A DNA stretch of 64,000 nt, from the NCBI RefSeq assembly GCF_009914755.1, contig NC_060948.1, one strand, 5' to 3'. Positions 63,035 through 64,000 of this stretch are shown here, in pieces. The stretch's first letter is position 1, and each line of letters opens with the position of its first letter. Position numbers and translations under genes: made by a program. Source of the stretch: the human T2T-CHM13v2.0 reference genome, Homo sapiens. Below the pieces are notes generated by a model. It saw only the letters and a program-made list of their open reading frames with translations. It had not been told where the DNA came from and did no database searches.

Positions 63035-63240
63035 TGATTACCTGCTCCCCCCTGACTCATTTCAATCACCTCCTCCACACTGACTCATTTCGATTTACCT
63101 GCTCCACCCTGACTCATTCCAATTACCTACTCCACCCTGACTCATTCTGATTACATACTCCACCCTGACTTATCCTGATTACCTGCTGCATCCTGACTGC
63201 TTCTGATTACCTACTCCACCCTGACTCATTCTGATTACCT
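63035..63240 (+). repeat. 28-bp VNTR with AP-1 motifs inside LTR10
   Basis: Seven units; TGACTCA intact at 63053, 63081, 63110, 63138 and 63222, mutated at 63166 and 63194. Confidence 0.92.
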
Positions 63241-64000
63241 GTTCTGTCATAACCATTTTTCCTGCCAAACCACTCACCCTGTCACTTTCTTTAAATTAGC
63301 CAATTGGAATTAGTTTAGCCTGTGCTGTCTAATCCTAGCCAATAGGGGAACAACATAGCAGCAGGGCCACATGCATCAGGGATAAGAACCCCTTCCCTTC
63401 CCTTGTCCAAGTGTGCACTCACCACTGCTCCATCTGAAGGGTGCACCGTTCTATAGAAATAACTTGCCTTGCTGAGAATTTTTTAAAAAATTATATTCGA
63501 GTGCTATTTCTTTGCAGCATTGAAGCTTTATAAATAACAGCAATAATAACAAGCTGGTGTGAATTTCTCCTTACACTTAGAGCACTCAGAAGTCATATAA
63601 TTTATCGATGGTTTAGCAGCATTTTGTCCTAGCTGAAATACGGTAATGAGAATTTAAAAGTTTTTGTTGTTGTTGTTGTTATTGTTGTTAAAGGAGCTCA
63701 GTGGTTAAAGGTTAGCTTAATTAAAAGGCTAACATGCAAATTCTGTTTGTGCATGTATGCCTGTGTGCAAGTTTGTATTTAAGAGGCCTTCAGTTTTTGG
63801 TTATTTCTGTTTTTCTCTCCTAAATCTTTGTCTTTTTTTTAGCAAAAATTTTTTTCTTCTCAATTGACTGAATTCTGTTTTTCACCTGATTTTTTCACTA
63901 AAATAGTATTGCAGCAAAGGCTACTCTTGGCTTTTTAAGAAATAATGTAATTTAGACACTCAGAAATGTCTTTGTTTAAAAAAAATTAAGTGCACTTTGA

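Larger units (their letters stand above)
62277..63539 (+). mobile_element. LTR10A/F-type solo LTR with internal VNTR
   Basis: ttagatatgagttctaaatttcttttcaaag [insert] catatgtcagtatgtttaattctttgccttctac matches the LTR10A/F start; ends ataACA; TSD gcat/gcaa. Confidence 0.88.
61826..64000 (+). mobile_element. MER4-type ERV internal leader, continuing past the window end, hosting nested LTR10 and LTR2B
   Basis: Follows the MER4A LTR after a decayed PBS-like site and resumes after 63539. Confidence 0.6.

Noticed and set aside
63035-63240. CRISPR-like 28-bp periodicity
   Set aside because: Head-to-tail tandem units with no unique spacers, inside a primate LTR; no cas genes.

Overview
Primate (human or great-ape) genomic DNA made mostly of transposable elements, with no intact host gene. 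Main contents: (1) a ~9.7 kb defective class-I provirus of the HERV15/RRHERV-I (ERV3-like) type at 7323-17018, with both LTRs, a tRNA-Ile PBS and decayed gag-pro-pol-env, inserted into an old antisense L1; (2) a full-length antisense L1PA2/L1PA3-type LINE-1 (25193-31228) with a 17-bp TSD, broken ORF1/ORF2 and an open ORF0; (3) an intron-containing TAB3 pseudogene on the minus strand (four exons, 46245-56918); (4) many LTRs (LTR5_Hs, MER9B, LTR7, LTR10, LTR2B, MER4A), about 25 Alus, older L1 relics and STRs. An unprocessed TAB3 pseudogene ~29 kb from a HERV15 provirus matches my recollection of Yq11 at the distal AZFa breakpoint (TAB3P1 next to the distal AZFa HERV); this placement is inference. 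The most notable observations are that the provirus lacks the L1 insertion described for the reference distal AZFa HERV (12f2-deleted-like state), that there are four small locally templated or fold-back insertions suggesting template-switch repair, and that an LTR10 carries an AP-1-motif VNTR. I see no convincing novel protein-coding system.
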